Source of the DNA: an uncultured Methanomicrobiales archaeon
GTDB taxonomy: Archaea; Halobacteriota; Methanomicrobia; Methanomicrobiales; Methanospirillaceae
Reading direction: 5' to 3'
DNA length: 64,000 nucleotides
Assembly: GCA_963758915.1 (NCBI GenBank)
Contig: CAVWXH010000010.1
Span: 129,208 to 193,207, forward strand
A program made the position numbers and the translations under genes. A model generated the notes under the pieces. The model did no database searches, was not told the origin of the DNA, and saw nothing but the letters and a program-made list of their open reading frames with translations. Of this stretch, positions 10,213-19,195 are shown in pieces (position 1 is the stretch's first letter; each line of letters opens with the position of its first letter).

Positions 10213-10907
10213 CTCTCACCTTTGAAGAGGTCAGTTATCAGCGGGGCCAGTTCCGGTTCACCGCGAACGGAATATTCGATGAGGGGGTCCACCTCGTCAG
10301 CGGGTTGGTGGGGAGCGGAAAATCTACGCTGGCGTTTATCGCATCAGGCCTGGTACCACCTGGAACGGGTTCTGTTCATCGGACTGGAATTCGGAAATCT
10401 CTCCTGTCCATGCAGTTCCCCGAGTACCACACGACCGGGATCAGTGTAAACGATGAGATCCGATCGTGGGGCCTTGACCCGGATTCAATCCTTGCGTCCA
10501 CCCGGCTTTCTGCCCGCGGGGAGCAGGACGTGAATGTACTCTCACGCGGGGAACTGAAACGTCTGCACCTCGGGTGTGTACTCTCTGCTGATTCGGACCT
10601 CCTCATACTTGATGAACCGTTCAGTGCCCTTGACTGTCGTGAAAAAAGGGTGATCTGCAGGAGTATAACGGAGCGCGGGCATGGGACGGTAATAATCTGC
10701 ACGCATGAACAGACCTGGCTCCCCCCGGTGGACTGTATCTGGGAGATGAAGGAAGGGACCCTTGTTTCATGCGGACGTGTACCGGCGGCTATCACCCGGT
10801 GGAGCCTTGTACCACGTCATATCCGGGACCTCCTGGAACGGGGTCTGGTGCCGGGGAATATCTCTCCGGAAGCGGTCAAGGAGGCCACATGCAGGACCCG
10901 AGAATAA
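10209..10907 (+). CDS. ECF transporter ATPase (second)
   Basis: GLVGSGKST, LSRGE, LILDEPFSALD. Confidence 0.88.
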   Translation: MTLTFEEVSYQRGQFRFTANGIFDEGVHLVSGLVGSGKSTLAFIASGLVPPGTGSVHRTGIRKSLLSMQFPEYHTTGISVNDEIRSWGLDPDSILASTRLSARGEQDVNVLSRGELKRLHLGCVLSADSDLLILDEPFSALDCREKRVICRSITERGHGTVIICTHEQTWLPPVDCIWEMKEGTLVSCGRVPAAITRWSLVPRHIRDLLERGLVPGNISPEAVKEATCRTRE

Positions 10908-11536
10908 GGATACTTGTCATTATCGTGCTCTCGGTGGCGGCGTTTATCAGCATTGCCGGGGCCGCGCTTGCTTTCCTGTACTGGATCTGCCTTCCCGGGA
11001 GGTTCCGGTGTATAAAAAGACCAGCGGCCATCCTTTTTCTCTCCATGATCATAGTGGTCTCGGTAATTACCGAGTTCACAACCGGGAACGGCCTGTCATA
11101 TTTCATCCGTATGGCGGTCATTCTTCTGCTCGCACTCTACGCCTATACCGCGTATGTCCCGGGAGAATTCTTCAGGGTATCAGTATGGCTCTTTGGGCCG
11201 CGTGGTTTTGATCCGGGTTTAATTGCAGAGATGAGCATGGAGGCCCTGAATGACCTTGAAGATGACAGTTCGAAAATACGGATCGCACTCCGCCAGAAGG
11301 GAGTACCTCTGGGTTTTCACACCCTTGTACCGGTAATCGGGATGTTTGTACTGAACCAGATCCGGCGTGCACATGACCAGGCAGACCTCCTCACCGTGCG
11401 GGGATACAGGAACGGAGGTACCCTCTGCCCACGGTTCCATCCTGAGATCCTGGATTATGTCAGCGGGATCGTGGCGATCTGTATGTTATTCATTGCAATC
11501 CTCCCGGTTCGTGATATTTTTATACTTCTACATTGA
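10889..11536 (+). CDS. ECF transporter T component
   Basis: MQDPRIR start, TM helices, xRG motif (VRGY); operon context. Confidence 0.8.
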   Translation: MQDPRIRILVIIVLSVAAFISIAGAALAFLYWICLPGRFRCIKRPAAILFLSMIIVVSVITEFTTGNGLSYFIRMAVILLLALYAYTAYVPGEFFRVSVWLFGPRGFDPGLIAEMSMEALNDLEDDSSKIRIALRQKGVPLGFHTLVPVIGMFVLNQIRRAHDQADLLTVRGYRNGGTLCPRFHPEILDYVSGIVAICMLFIAILPVRDIFILLH

Positions 11537-11599
11537 ACTTTTGTGAGGCTTTAGCTTGTCAATATGCGGCAAGTTCCCGCATTCCATCTGAGGTGCAGA

Positions 11600-13336
11600 A
11601 TGAGTGTTGCCGGTCCACAAAAATTACTAATCACGGATACTACGCTGAGAGACGCACACCAGTCTCTTATTGCGACCAGGATGCGGACTGATGATATGCT
11701 CTCCTTAGCAAAGGAGATCGATAATATCGGCTTTTTTTCAGTGGAAGCATGGGGTGGCGCGACGTTTGATACCGCGATCCGGTTCCTCGCGGAAGACCCG
11801 TGGGAACGGCTCAGCCTCTTAAAGGCCGAGCTGAAAAGGACCCCGATCCAGATGCTGCTCCGCGGCCAGAACCTTGTCGGGTACCGCCATTACTCTGACG
11901 ATGTGGTTGATAAATTCGTAGAACTCTCATGGAAAAACGGTGTGGATGTCTTCCGGGTATTTGACGCACTGAACGATATCCGGAACATGGAACGGTCCAT
12001 TGCGAAGGTAAAGGACGTCGGGGCCCATCTCCAGTGCGCTATCAGCTATACAACAAGCCCGGTCCATACCACGAAGACATTTATCGAAATGTCCAAGGAG
12101 CTCTATGCAAAAGATTGTGATTCGATCTGTATCAAGGACATGGCCGGGCTCATCATGCCGAAGTCCGCCCGCGAGCTGATCTCGGGTATAAAAGATGAGA
12201 TTGATATCAAGGTGTGCCTCCACAGCCATTCAACGAGTGGCATTGCACCCATGAGTTACCAGGCAGCGATCGATGCCGGCGTTGATATCCTGGATACGGC
12301 GATGTCCCCGTTTTCGCTCGGGACTTCACAGCCCCCGACCGAAAGTATTGTTGCCTCGCTGGAGGGCACCCGGAGGGATACGGGAATAGACCTTATTGCC
12401 CTTCGTAAATTGAGAAATGCCTGCCTGAAGATAAGGGGGCGCTACGAGGGACTTATCAACCCGATATCAGAGCGTGTGGATAGTGACGTCCTGATTTACC
12501 AGCTGCCCGGGGGCATGATCTCGAACCTCGTTTCACAGTTACAGGAACAAAACGCCCTCGACCGGATGGACGATGTCTTCTCCGAGATACCGAAGGTACG
12601 AGAGGACCTGGGGTACCCGCCTCTTGTTACGCCGACCTCGCAGATTGTCGGTACGCAGGCCGTTATGAATGTACTGATGGGCGGACGGTACAAGAACGTG
12701 ACAAACGAGGTGAAAGATTACGTACGGGGCCTGTACGGGCGTTCTCCAGCCCCGATTAGTGACGGGATCCGTCGAGAGATCATCGGGGATGAAACGGTTA
12801 TTACGGTCCGCCCGGCAGATCTGCTCCCTCCCTCCTATGCGAAAATGAAAGAAGAGGCGATCAAAGCGGGCCTTGTGAAAAAGGAAGAAGACGTGCTCAC
12901 CTATATCCTGTACCCGGCCATCGCCCCCTCGTTTTTGAAGGGGGAGCGGATCGCCGAGGTAATCCCCTCGAAGAAGGCACCGGTTGCAGGGATTCCCGAG
13001 ATGCCAAGCTCCATGGAAGTGGAAGTTGACGGGGAGATCTTCTCCGTGCGCATTGTCTCGGTTGAAGGGAGCACGGTGGAAAAGTCGGGTTCCCCGGTGC
13101 CGAAGATCCCCCGCGGGGATATCCGGGGCGGTATCAAGAGTAACATGCAGGGGATGGTCCTTGAAGTAGCGGTCAGCCAGGGTGCAGAAGTCAAAAAAGG
13201 AGACCTTCTCGTTGTGCTCGAGGCAATGAAAATGGAAAACCCGATCCACTCCCCTGTTGACGGACACGTTACTGAAATCTTTGTTGATGCCGGAGACGTC
13301 GTCCAGAACGGCGATGTCCTCCTGGTGGTGGAATGA
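11600..13336 (+). CDS. pycB: Pyruvate carboxylase subunit B
   Basis: DTTLRDAHQSL, WGGATFD, IKDMAG, HSH, VTPTSQIVG, C-terminal EAMKM biotinyl domain. Confidence 0.96.
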   Translation: MSVAGPQKLLITDTTLRDAHQSLIATRMRTDDMLSLAKEIDNIGFFSVEAWGGATFDTAIRFLAEDPWERLSLLKAELKRTPIQMLLRGQNLVGYRHYSDDVVDKFVELSWKNGVDVFRVFDALNDIRNMERSIAKVKDVGAHLQCAISYTTSPVHTTKTFIEMSKELYAKDCDSICIKDMAGLIMPKSARELISGIKDEIDIKVCLHSHSTSGIAPMSYQAAIDAGVDILDTAMSPFSLGTSQPPTESIVASLEGTRRDTGIDLIALRKLRNACLKIRGRYEGLINPISERVDSDVLIYQLPGGMISNLVSQLQEQNALDRMDDVFSEIPKVREDLGYPPLVTPTSQIVGTQAVMNVLMGGRYKNVTNEVKDYVRGLYGRSPAPISDGIRREIIGDETVITVRPADLLPPSYAKMKEEAIKAGLVKKEEDVLTYILYPAIAPSFLKGERIAEVIPSKKAPVAGIPEMPSSMEVEVDGEIFSVRIVSVEGSTVEKSGSPVPKIPRGDIRGGIKSNMQGMVLEVAVSQGAEVKKGDLLVVLEAMKMENPIHSPVDGHVTEIFVDAGDVVQNGDVLLVVE

Positions 13337-14814
13337 AATTTTTTGAGAAGATACTGGTCGCAAACCGGGGCGAGATTGCGATACGGGTGATGCGGGCCTG
13401 CCGTGAGCTGGGAGTGGAAACCGTCGCGATCTATTCTGATGCCGATATAAACTCCCTCCATGTAAAATATGCAGATGAGGCATTCCCTGTTGGCGAAGCC
13501 CCGCCATCCAAGAGTTATTTAAATATTGACCGGATCCTCGAGGTCGCAAAAAAATCAGGAGCTGAAGCGGTACATCCTGGATATGGGTTCCTCGCTGAAA
13601 ATTATCGGTTTGCCCACCGTTGCCAGGAAGAGGGTGTGATCTTCATCGGGCCGTCATGGCAGACGATCGAGATGATGGGTTCGAAGATCGGGTCAAAGAA
13701 AACAATGCGGGATGTCGGTGTACCGGTGGTCCCCGGAACAGAGGGCGGAGTCCGGGATGCTGACGAAGCCCGGAAAATTTCGGCGGAAATCGGGTACCCG
13801 GTCCTTGTAAAGGCAAGTGCAGGTGGCGGCGGCATTGGCATGCAGATTGTCGAGGACGAGGCAGGCCTTGAAGATGCAATCAATGCAGGGATGCGGATCG
13901 CCGGGTCTGCCTTCGGGGACTCCACCGTATTTATCGAGAAGTACCTGGTGAAGCCCCGCCATATTGAGTTCCAGATCCTCGCAGATGAACACGGTCACAC
14001 GGTCCACCTCTTTGAAAGGGAGTGTTCCATCCAGCGCCGGCACCAGAAACTGGTGGAAGAGTCCCCCTGCCCGATCATGACCGACGAACTGAGGGAACGG
14101 ATGGCGGCCTCTGCCATCGCGGTTGCAAAGGCATCAGATTATACCAATGCCGGTACTGTTGAGTTCCTTTACAGCAACGGTAACTACTATTTCATGGAGA
14201 TGAACACAAGGCTGCAGGTTGAGCATACCATTACCGAGCTGGTGACCGGGATCGATATCGTCAAACAACAACTGGCAATCGCTGCAGGTGAACAGATCCC
14301 CTTCGGGCAGGACAACATCTCGATCCGGGGCCATGCAATCGAATGCCGTATCAACGCAGAAGATCCGCTCAACAATTTTGCGGCTGACCCCGGAAAGATT
14401 GTCAGGTACAGGTCCCCCGGAGGTCCGGGTGTCCGCCTTGACTCTGGAATTCACGTTGGCTATGCGATCCCGACGAACTATGACTCGATGATCTCGAAGC
14501 TCTGTACGTACGGGTGCAACCGGATGGAAGCGATCGAACGGATGAGGCGGGCGATTTACGAGTACGTGATTATCGGGGTGAAAACAACGCTCCCCCTCCA
14601 CCATGCGATTATGCATAACAAGCAGTTCGTCGAAGGGAACACGCATACCGGGTTCCTCCTTGAGGAACACATCGCAAAAACCCTGAACCGGTATGTCCGC
14701 GAGGAAGAGACCCGTATCCAGACTCTTGGGGCCTCCCTCAGGCAGGGAAAGGAAGTTGCAGCAATCTCCGCAGCGGTCAATGTCTACCTGCACCATAAAA
14801 AAAATGCGGGGTAA
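13333..14814 (+). CDS. pycA: Pyruvate carboxylase subunit A (biotin carboxylase)
   Basis: ANRGEIA, HPGYGFL, GGGGIGM, ECSIQRRHQK, EMNTRLQVEH, RINAEDP. Confidence 0.96.
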   Translation: MKFFEKILVANRGEIAIRVMRACRELGVETVAIYSDADINSLHVKYADEAFPVGEAPPSKSYLNIDRILEVAKKSGAEAVHPGYGFLAENYRFAHRCQEEGVIFIGPSWQTIEMMGSKIGSKKTMRDVGVPVVPGTEGGVRDADEARKISAEIGYPVLVKASAGGGGIGMQIVEDEAGLEDAINAGMRIAGSAFGDSTVFIEKYLVKPRHIEFQILADEHGHTVHLFERECSIQRRHQKLVEESPCPIMTDELRERMAASAIAVAKASDYTNAGTVEFLYSNGNYYFMEMNTRLQVEHTITELVTGIDIVKQQLAIAAGEQIPFGQDNISIRGHAIECRINAEDPLNNFAADPGKIVRYRSPGGPGVRLDSGIHVGYAIPTNYDSMISKLCTYGCNRMEAIERMRRAIYEYVIIGVKTTLPLHHAIMHNKQFVEGNTHTGFLLEEHIAKTLNRYVREEETRIQTLGASLRQGKEVAAISAAVNVYLHHKKNAG

Positions 14815-14944
14815 CCCCCGGAAATCTTAAAATTCCTGTTTTTTGATGTTTCAATACGAATACCTATAGTCACACGCCCTGTTTCTCCTCCTGTATCAGA
14901 ACCTTTAATAGCGCAAAAATCCTTCTTGTTATGCACTTTTGTGC

Positions 14945-15057
14945 GCTGCGGTGGCCTAGCTGGTTAGGGCGCCAGACTCATAGGGTTTTCGAGCAAATTC
15001 ATTGGCGCCGTCATCTGAGACATCTGGAGGTCGCGGGTTCGGATCCCGTCCGCAGCA
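14945..15057 (+). tRNA. tRNA-Met(CAT), probably elongator, with ~39-nt intron at 37/38 (14983-15021)
   Basis: Acceptor GCTGCGG/CCGCAGC-A, anticodon arm CCAGA-CTCATA|A-TCTGG interrupted by intron, T-loop GGTTCGGATCC. Confidence 0.92.
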
Positions 15058-15402
15058 TATACACGGCAAGTACGGAGCCCCCATTTTTTTACTGATTTTT
15101 GCAACCTTTTTTGCATGTCTGAAGTATTTCGGATAAAATCTGTGGCTGATATTGCATCGGCGCTGTTTTCATGGTGTCCAATATCGCTGATGTGGAAGCA
15201 TTGGCGTTTTTATTTACGGGTGTTGTGCTTCTCGGAGGGGTCGCGGACCCCCCGGCCGCACGGGCCGCCGCCCCGATGTTGTCCCAGGATTATGATCGCA
15301 AAAATAAATCTGGATATGAAAGATCGTTCGCACCACTGCCGAGGCCATCGGGCCTCGTCTCCGAGGTGCTCCCTGGTTTAGTGGTTGACCAGATATAGGA
15401 GA

Positions 15403-15940
15403 CGGGCATCATGTTCGCTCCCTCGTTTCCTCACTCCACTTCGTTCCGTTCCGGGCCTCCTCCGCTCACTTCATGCCCTGGTTCTTCTGAATATACCGGG
15501 GTGATACTGACGGCCAAGACTTCGTCGCGATGCTCCTCGTCATCGCCTGTTTCCTTCACGCTCCGGGACACATGGCTGATGCCATCGGTCCCGTTCGCTG
15601 TGTTCTGTTGAAGTGTAGACGCTCCGTGACTCCCTCGCTTCGCTCGGTCGGGCCGCTTGGCCCTTGATTATCTAAAATTAATATCGGCTGCTTACCGTTA
15701 GCACTTGCAGCCTGTACGGAAAGGAGGGAGCACAGACCCGGTTGATACCGTGTCACCTCCGAGTGCTCCCACCGCCCTCTGATGAATCAGGATATGGTCT
15801 GGACAGGAAATGCAGACAGGGCGGGAAGGCAGCCCGGTTACGGACTGCATCAGCAGGCCGTCGGAGCTGTCGGGTGGGCGTGGTCAGGCAAATGAGATCC
15901 CGGAACTACCACCCGTAGGGGTGGCGCTCGATGGCCGGGC
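15403..15940 (+). repeat. Left copy of long structured non-coding inverted repeat
   Basis: Reverse complement of ~18140-18808: very close match over 15403-15632, patchy over 15648-15940. Confidence 0.9.
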
Positions 15941-16074
15941 CATCAGGACCGGACCGTGCGACGCCCCGCAGGGAAAAATTTGTCCTGGTCGATAATCTGA
16001 TAAGAAAAGGGAAGCAATAGATTAACCGACCGTAGCCGGTTAATATGCGTTTGTGGCACTTCGACCGGCTGCGG

Positions 16075-16269
16075 TTACTTGTTCCTGTTCTCCCTGATAA
16101 ATTCCATAAAGTCCTCTTCACTGACCCGCCACTCGATGCCGATTTTTATCGCTCCCAGCCGCTTTTTTAAAATCAGTGTCCTGACTGTCTGGACATGGAG
16201 ATGCAGCATCGCAGCCACTTCCTCTGTCGTATAAAATTTATGAGGTGGGGGTTGAGCCACGTTAGCCAT
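16075..16269 (-). CDS. Excisionase-type HTH (HTH_17) DNA-binding protein
   Basis: FYTTEEVAAMLHLHVQTVRTLI...LGAIKIGIEWRVSEED. Confidence 0.88.
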   Translation of the reverse strand: MANVAQPPPHKFYTTEEVAAMLHLHVQTVRTLILKKRLGAIKIGIEWRVSEEDFMEFIRENRNK

Positions 16270-16275
16270 TAGTAC

Positions 16276-16716
16276 TCAGTCCTCCCCAGGAAGCATAACA
16301 GTTATGACCGGCTCGTAGTCATCGCCGGGTCCGCAGATTGCTTTGAGTTCTACGGTCTCGCTGCTCCTGTGGTGTATGATACCGGTTGCCCTGGCTCTCT
16401 TCTGCAGTAGTTCGAAGGCCACACGGAATATGATAACACTGCTGCCTCGTGATTTATTCGCCGCCATTCGCAACATCCAGAGCAGGTCCCAAAGTCTGCC
16501 GGTCAGGTCCTGGTCGGGCATCTCGGGAAGATACGAGGGTTCGATGTACTGATACCAGGCTGCCCGGGTGAGTGCGACCGGTACCGAGATCCCGGCCTGC
16601 CTGGTGAGGTCCCGGGGTGCTGCGATTAATTCGCCATCGTTCAGGGCATCGTCCCGGGTGTATCTGCTGATGATGTCCTCCTCGGTCCAGAATGGAGAAG
16701 GGGTTGAGGTGGTCAT
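16276..16716 (-). CDS. DUF6573-like mobile-element protein
   Basis: IISRYTRDDALNDGELI, PVALTRAAW, GRLWDLLWM, GPGDDYEPVITVMLPGED. Confidence 0.75.
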   Translation of the reverse strand: MTTSTPSPFWTEEDIISRYTRDDALNDGELIAAPRDLTRQAGISVPVALTRAAWYQYIEPSYLPEMPDQDLTGRLWDLLWMLRMAANKSRGSSVIIFRVAFELLQKRARATGIIHHRSSETVELKAICGPGDDYEPVITVMLPGED

Positions 16717-17255
16717 ACCCGACCACCCCGGAGACGTGGTTTCCCGTTAGTAAAACCAGGCCGGATAATAATATCGTGAGGGGACACTTTCGACCACATC
16801 CAGCCCATATTATGATTATGTGCATACACAGCAGCGAAATCAACCGCAGCACTATGATCGATGCACTCGGCGATGAGCTGAGGACCAACACCACGATTGA
16901 CAAAAATTTTGTATTCCATCATTACACCTCGGCGTGATGGCCACAGGCTCGGACAGTTGTATCCTGCGAGATAGTACACGGACCCAATCCGCTCAGTTTC
17001 ACCCTGGTATTCGATGCCGATCATATGATGTTCAGGAGGGACTATTTCACCGCAGCTTTCGCACCGCTCCTCGTCATCGGGAATATCCCCTAATACCTTT
17101 GAAATATTCCTGTTTTTCTGGGTGCAAAACTGGCAGATACCTTGTCCTTCTGAGTATATCCACGGGCAACGGGGGCATTCCTGATGTTCCCGCCGAAGTC
17201 GCAATGATGAAATATTCTTTTTAATCCGGGCAACCAGAAGGGAGAGGGAGGTCAT
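16713..17255 (-). CDS. Zn-finger hypothetical; probably two genes (second from ~16923) fused by an indel
   Basis: CPRC, CQFC, CESC motifs; internal GAGGTG-TAATGATG RBS/stop-start junction. Confidence 0.55.
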   Translation of the reverse strand: MTSLSLLVARIKKNISSLRLRREHQECPRCPWIYSEGQGICQFCTQKNRNISKVLGDIPDDEERCESCGEIVPPEHHMIGIEYQGETERIGSVYYLAGYNCPSLWPSRRGVMMEYKIFVNRGVGPQLIAECIDHSAAVDFAAVYAHNHNMGWMWSKVSPHDIIIRPGFTNGKPRLRGGRV

Positions 17256-17455
17256 ACCCTCGCCTCCTCTGCATGGTCCCGGTCCCATTGTTTAGAAAAC
17301 TCTGCAATTGCCTGAGCCCTTGAACGGTTGGCCTCGACCACTTTCAGGAGATCTTCGAATTCTCCTGCACTCCTGCTACCGCATATCCGGCAGCGGAAAC
17401 AGTGTTCGTAATATTCGTCCTCGATGATTTCGAGGTCCTCCAGCCTGCAGCACAT
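17252..17455 (-). CDS. Small Zn-finger hypothetical protein
   Basis: MCC...CFRCRICG; 4-bp overlap with downstream ORF. Confidence 0.55.
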   Translation of the reverse strand: MCCRLEDLEIIEDEYYEHCFRCRICGSRSAGEFEDLLKVVEANRSRAQAIAEFSKQWDRDHAEEARV

Positions 17456-17456
17456 T

Positions 17457-17609
17457 TCAGGCCACCCCGTATACTTTCGCGATTTCTTCGGCCTGACACC
17501 GCAGGTCCTGAGCTTCATAGCTCAGGAGATCGGATTGTTTCTGAAGATTGGCCGCTTCATCACGGAGGGAGGAGATCATTAATCCGGCGAATACCGGGAC
17601 CTTCTTCAT
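17457..17609 (-). CDS. Small coiled-coil hypothetical protein
   Basis: MKKVPVF...; overlaps upstream ORF stop, ends 2 nt before next start. Confidence 0.5.
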   Translation of the reverse strand: MKKVPVFAGLMISSLRDEAANLQKQSDLLSYEAQDLRCQAEEIAKVYGVA

Positions 17610-17995
17610 GCTGACACCGCCAGAGGTGCTGCCTGTTCGGATACCTGGGTGATAGGTTCCCATGTGATTGTGGAAATGTTCGCAAACTTCCGTGAGCCTG
17701 CGATCGCTGCCCGGATATGTGAGAGCGGGGAGATATATCGCCTGCCGTGTATGTCGTACATGACCGCCCGGCCGGACGCGTTGATCCATGCCTGCCCTGC
17801 TTCTGTTGGTTCGCCGGACCCGGACCAGACCGGGGTCATGTCCCAGACGGTAACCCGTGCCAGGTCCCCGGTGAGCCGGGAAACATCGGAGCGGGCTATC
17901 GCTGCCTGTATGATTTTCACATCTATTCTCAACATGCCGCCGGACAGTTTCACGGTCCCGACGTGCTGAATTTTGGCAAAAAGCGTTTGTGGCAC
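17606..17995 (-). CDS. Hypothetical protein, first gene of the element operon
   Basis: 129-aa ORF downstream of an AT-rich promoter-like stretch, coupled to next gene. Confidence 0.6.
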   Translation of the reverse strand: MPQTLFAKIQHVGTVKLSGGMLRIDVKIIQAAIARSDVSRLTGDLARVTVWDMTPVWSGSGEPTEAGQAWINASGRAVMYDIHGRRYISPLSHIRAAIAGSRKFANISTITWEPITQVSEQAAPLAVSA

Positions 17996-18139
17996 TTCAT
18001 TTCACCACGTATAATATTAGGCGGGTGATGTTATAAGACAGCGCCATGCACGGTGTGAAAGTGAATCGCATTATATCGCAGCGTATAGTGTTGTGATATA
18101 AAACATGCGGTCGCCCTTCGGGAAGGCCCACTGCCGGCC

Positions 18140-18808
18140 TCCGGCCGTCTCCGAGGGCCTTCCCTCCGGGTATGTTGTCCTGGGATCTCTGTCGCTCCTC
18201 AACACCGCGACGGTCTGCCGACCGTAACCGGGTGTTGTCGTCGCTGGTTGTTGTTGTCCTGGTGCCGGGTGAAATATTACAGGACCAAAACACGCTGTCG
18301 CTCCTCGGCACCTCGACCTCGCTCCGCTCGGTAACCGGGTGCCTCGTCGCTGGGTCTGGTGCTCCCCAACCCAACCCTATCATGTTTTGTCGGGCCGTCG
18401 AAGGTGGCACGGTCTCAGCCGGGCCTCGGCCTCCACAAGTAGCTCGCAAGCGTTAGCGGAAAGCGGGCGATTTTATATTCAATCCAGGCCAAGCGGCCCG
18501 AGTGAACGCCGCTAATGGGGTGCGAAGGTAACGAGACGTTCTCAAACGGCTCGTCCGAGCCCCACATGCGTCGCGTGAACGAGTCACCGAGCGTCTGCAC
18601 TTGCACGGTAATCAGCGAACGGGACCGATGGCATCAGCCATGTGTCCCGGAGCGTGAGTTTCAGGCGATGACGAGGAGCACCGCGAGGAAGTCTTTGCCG
18701 TCAGTGTCACCCCGGAACAATCATGAAAAACCAGGGCATGAAGTGAGCGGAGGAGGCCCGGAACGGAACGCAGTGGAGTGAGGACACGAGGGAGCGAATA
18801 TTATGCCC
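18140..18808 (-). repeat. Right copy of long structured non-coding inverted repeat
   Basis: Matches 15403-15940 in reverse; has extra ~79-nt segment 18502-18580 and a duplicated hairpin. Confidence 0.9.
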
Positions 18809-18854
18809 GGTAAAATAAGGAGTATATTGTGAATTAGTTCAACTCATTTGTAAA

Positions 18855-19193
18855 TCAGAGCAGTTTTGTTTCTTCCGTGGGTTTAGGTACCTTGACCACC
18901 AGCACCCGGAACACGACCTCACTCTCATTCAGCCACCGGTGTGGGATCCGTGCAGGACTCTCCACCAGCATATCTTTGCCAACGGTATTTCGTTCGTCAC
19001 CGATCTCAACAATCCCTGTGCCTTCGAGCACATAGAAGAAGACATCAACCGGAGTAGAATGCTTTTTCAGCGATTCCCCGGGCTGAAGTGTAATTACCAC
19101 GGCTATTGCATGTGTTGAGTCGTATATCTTTCGTGCGTCTACATGGTGGGGATTGGGTCCCGATACCACCTTTGCAACTTCAGTAATTTTCAT
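18855..19193 (-). CDS. Cupin domain protein
   Basis: PGESLKKHSTP, FYVLEGTG, PARIPHR. Confidence 0.88.
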   Translation of the reverse strand: MKITEVAKVVSGPNPHHVDARKIYDSTHAIAVVITLQPGESLKKHSTPVDVFFYVLEGTGIVEIGDERNTVGKDMLVESPARIPHRWLNESEVVFRVLVVKVPKPTEETKLL

Positions 19194-19195
19194 AG

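Larger units (their letters stand above)
15403..18808. mobile_element. Putative non-autonomous element: small operon between long inverted repeats
   Basis: Inverted repeats at both ends, tRNA-adjacent, HTH/DUF6573-like/Zn-finger cargo, no recombinase. Confidence 0.6.

Noticed and set aside
12539-13549. Long antisense ORFs here and over the ATPases and Na+/Pi transporter
   Set aside because: Shadows of clear genes with no motifs
17997-18781. ORFs 17997-18449, 18172-18456, 18515-18781 and their counterparts at 15411-15995
   Set aside because: Lie in GC-rich structured repeats; the two copies differ by frame-breaking indels, so not coding
15403-18808. Assembly fold-back artefact explaining the inverted repeats
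   Set aside because: Copies differ by many substitutions, a 79-nt segment and compensatory changes
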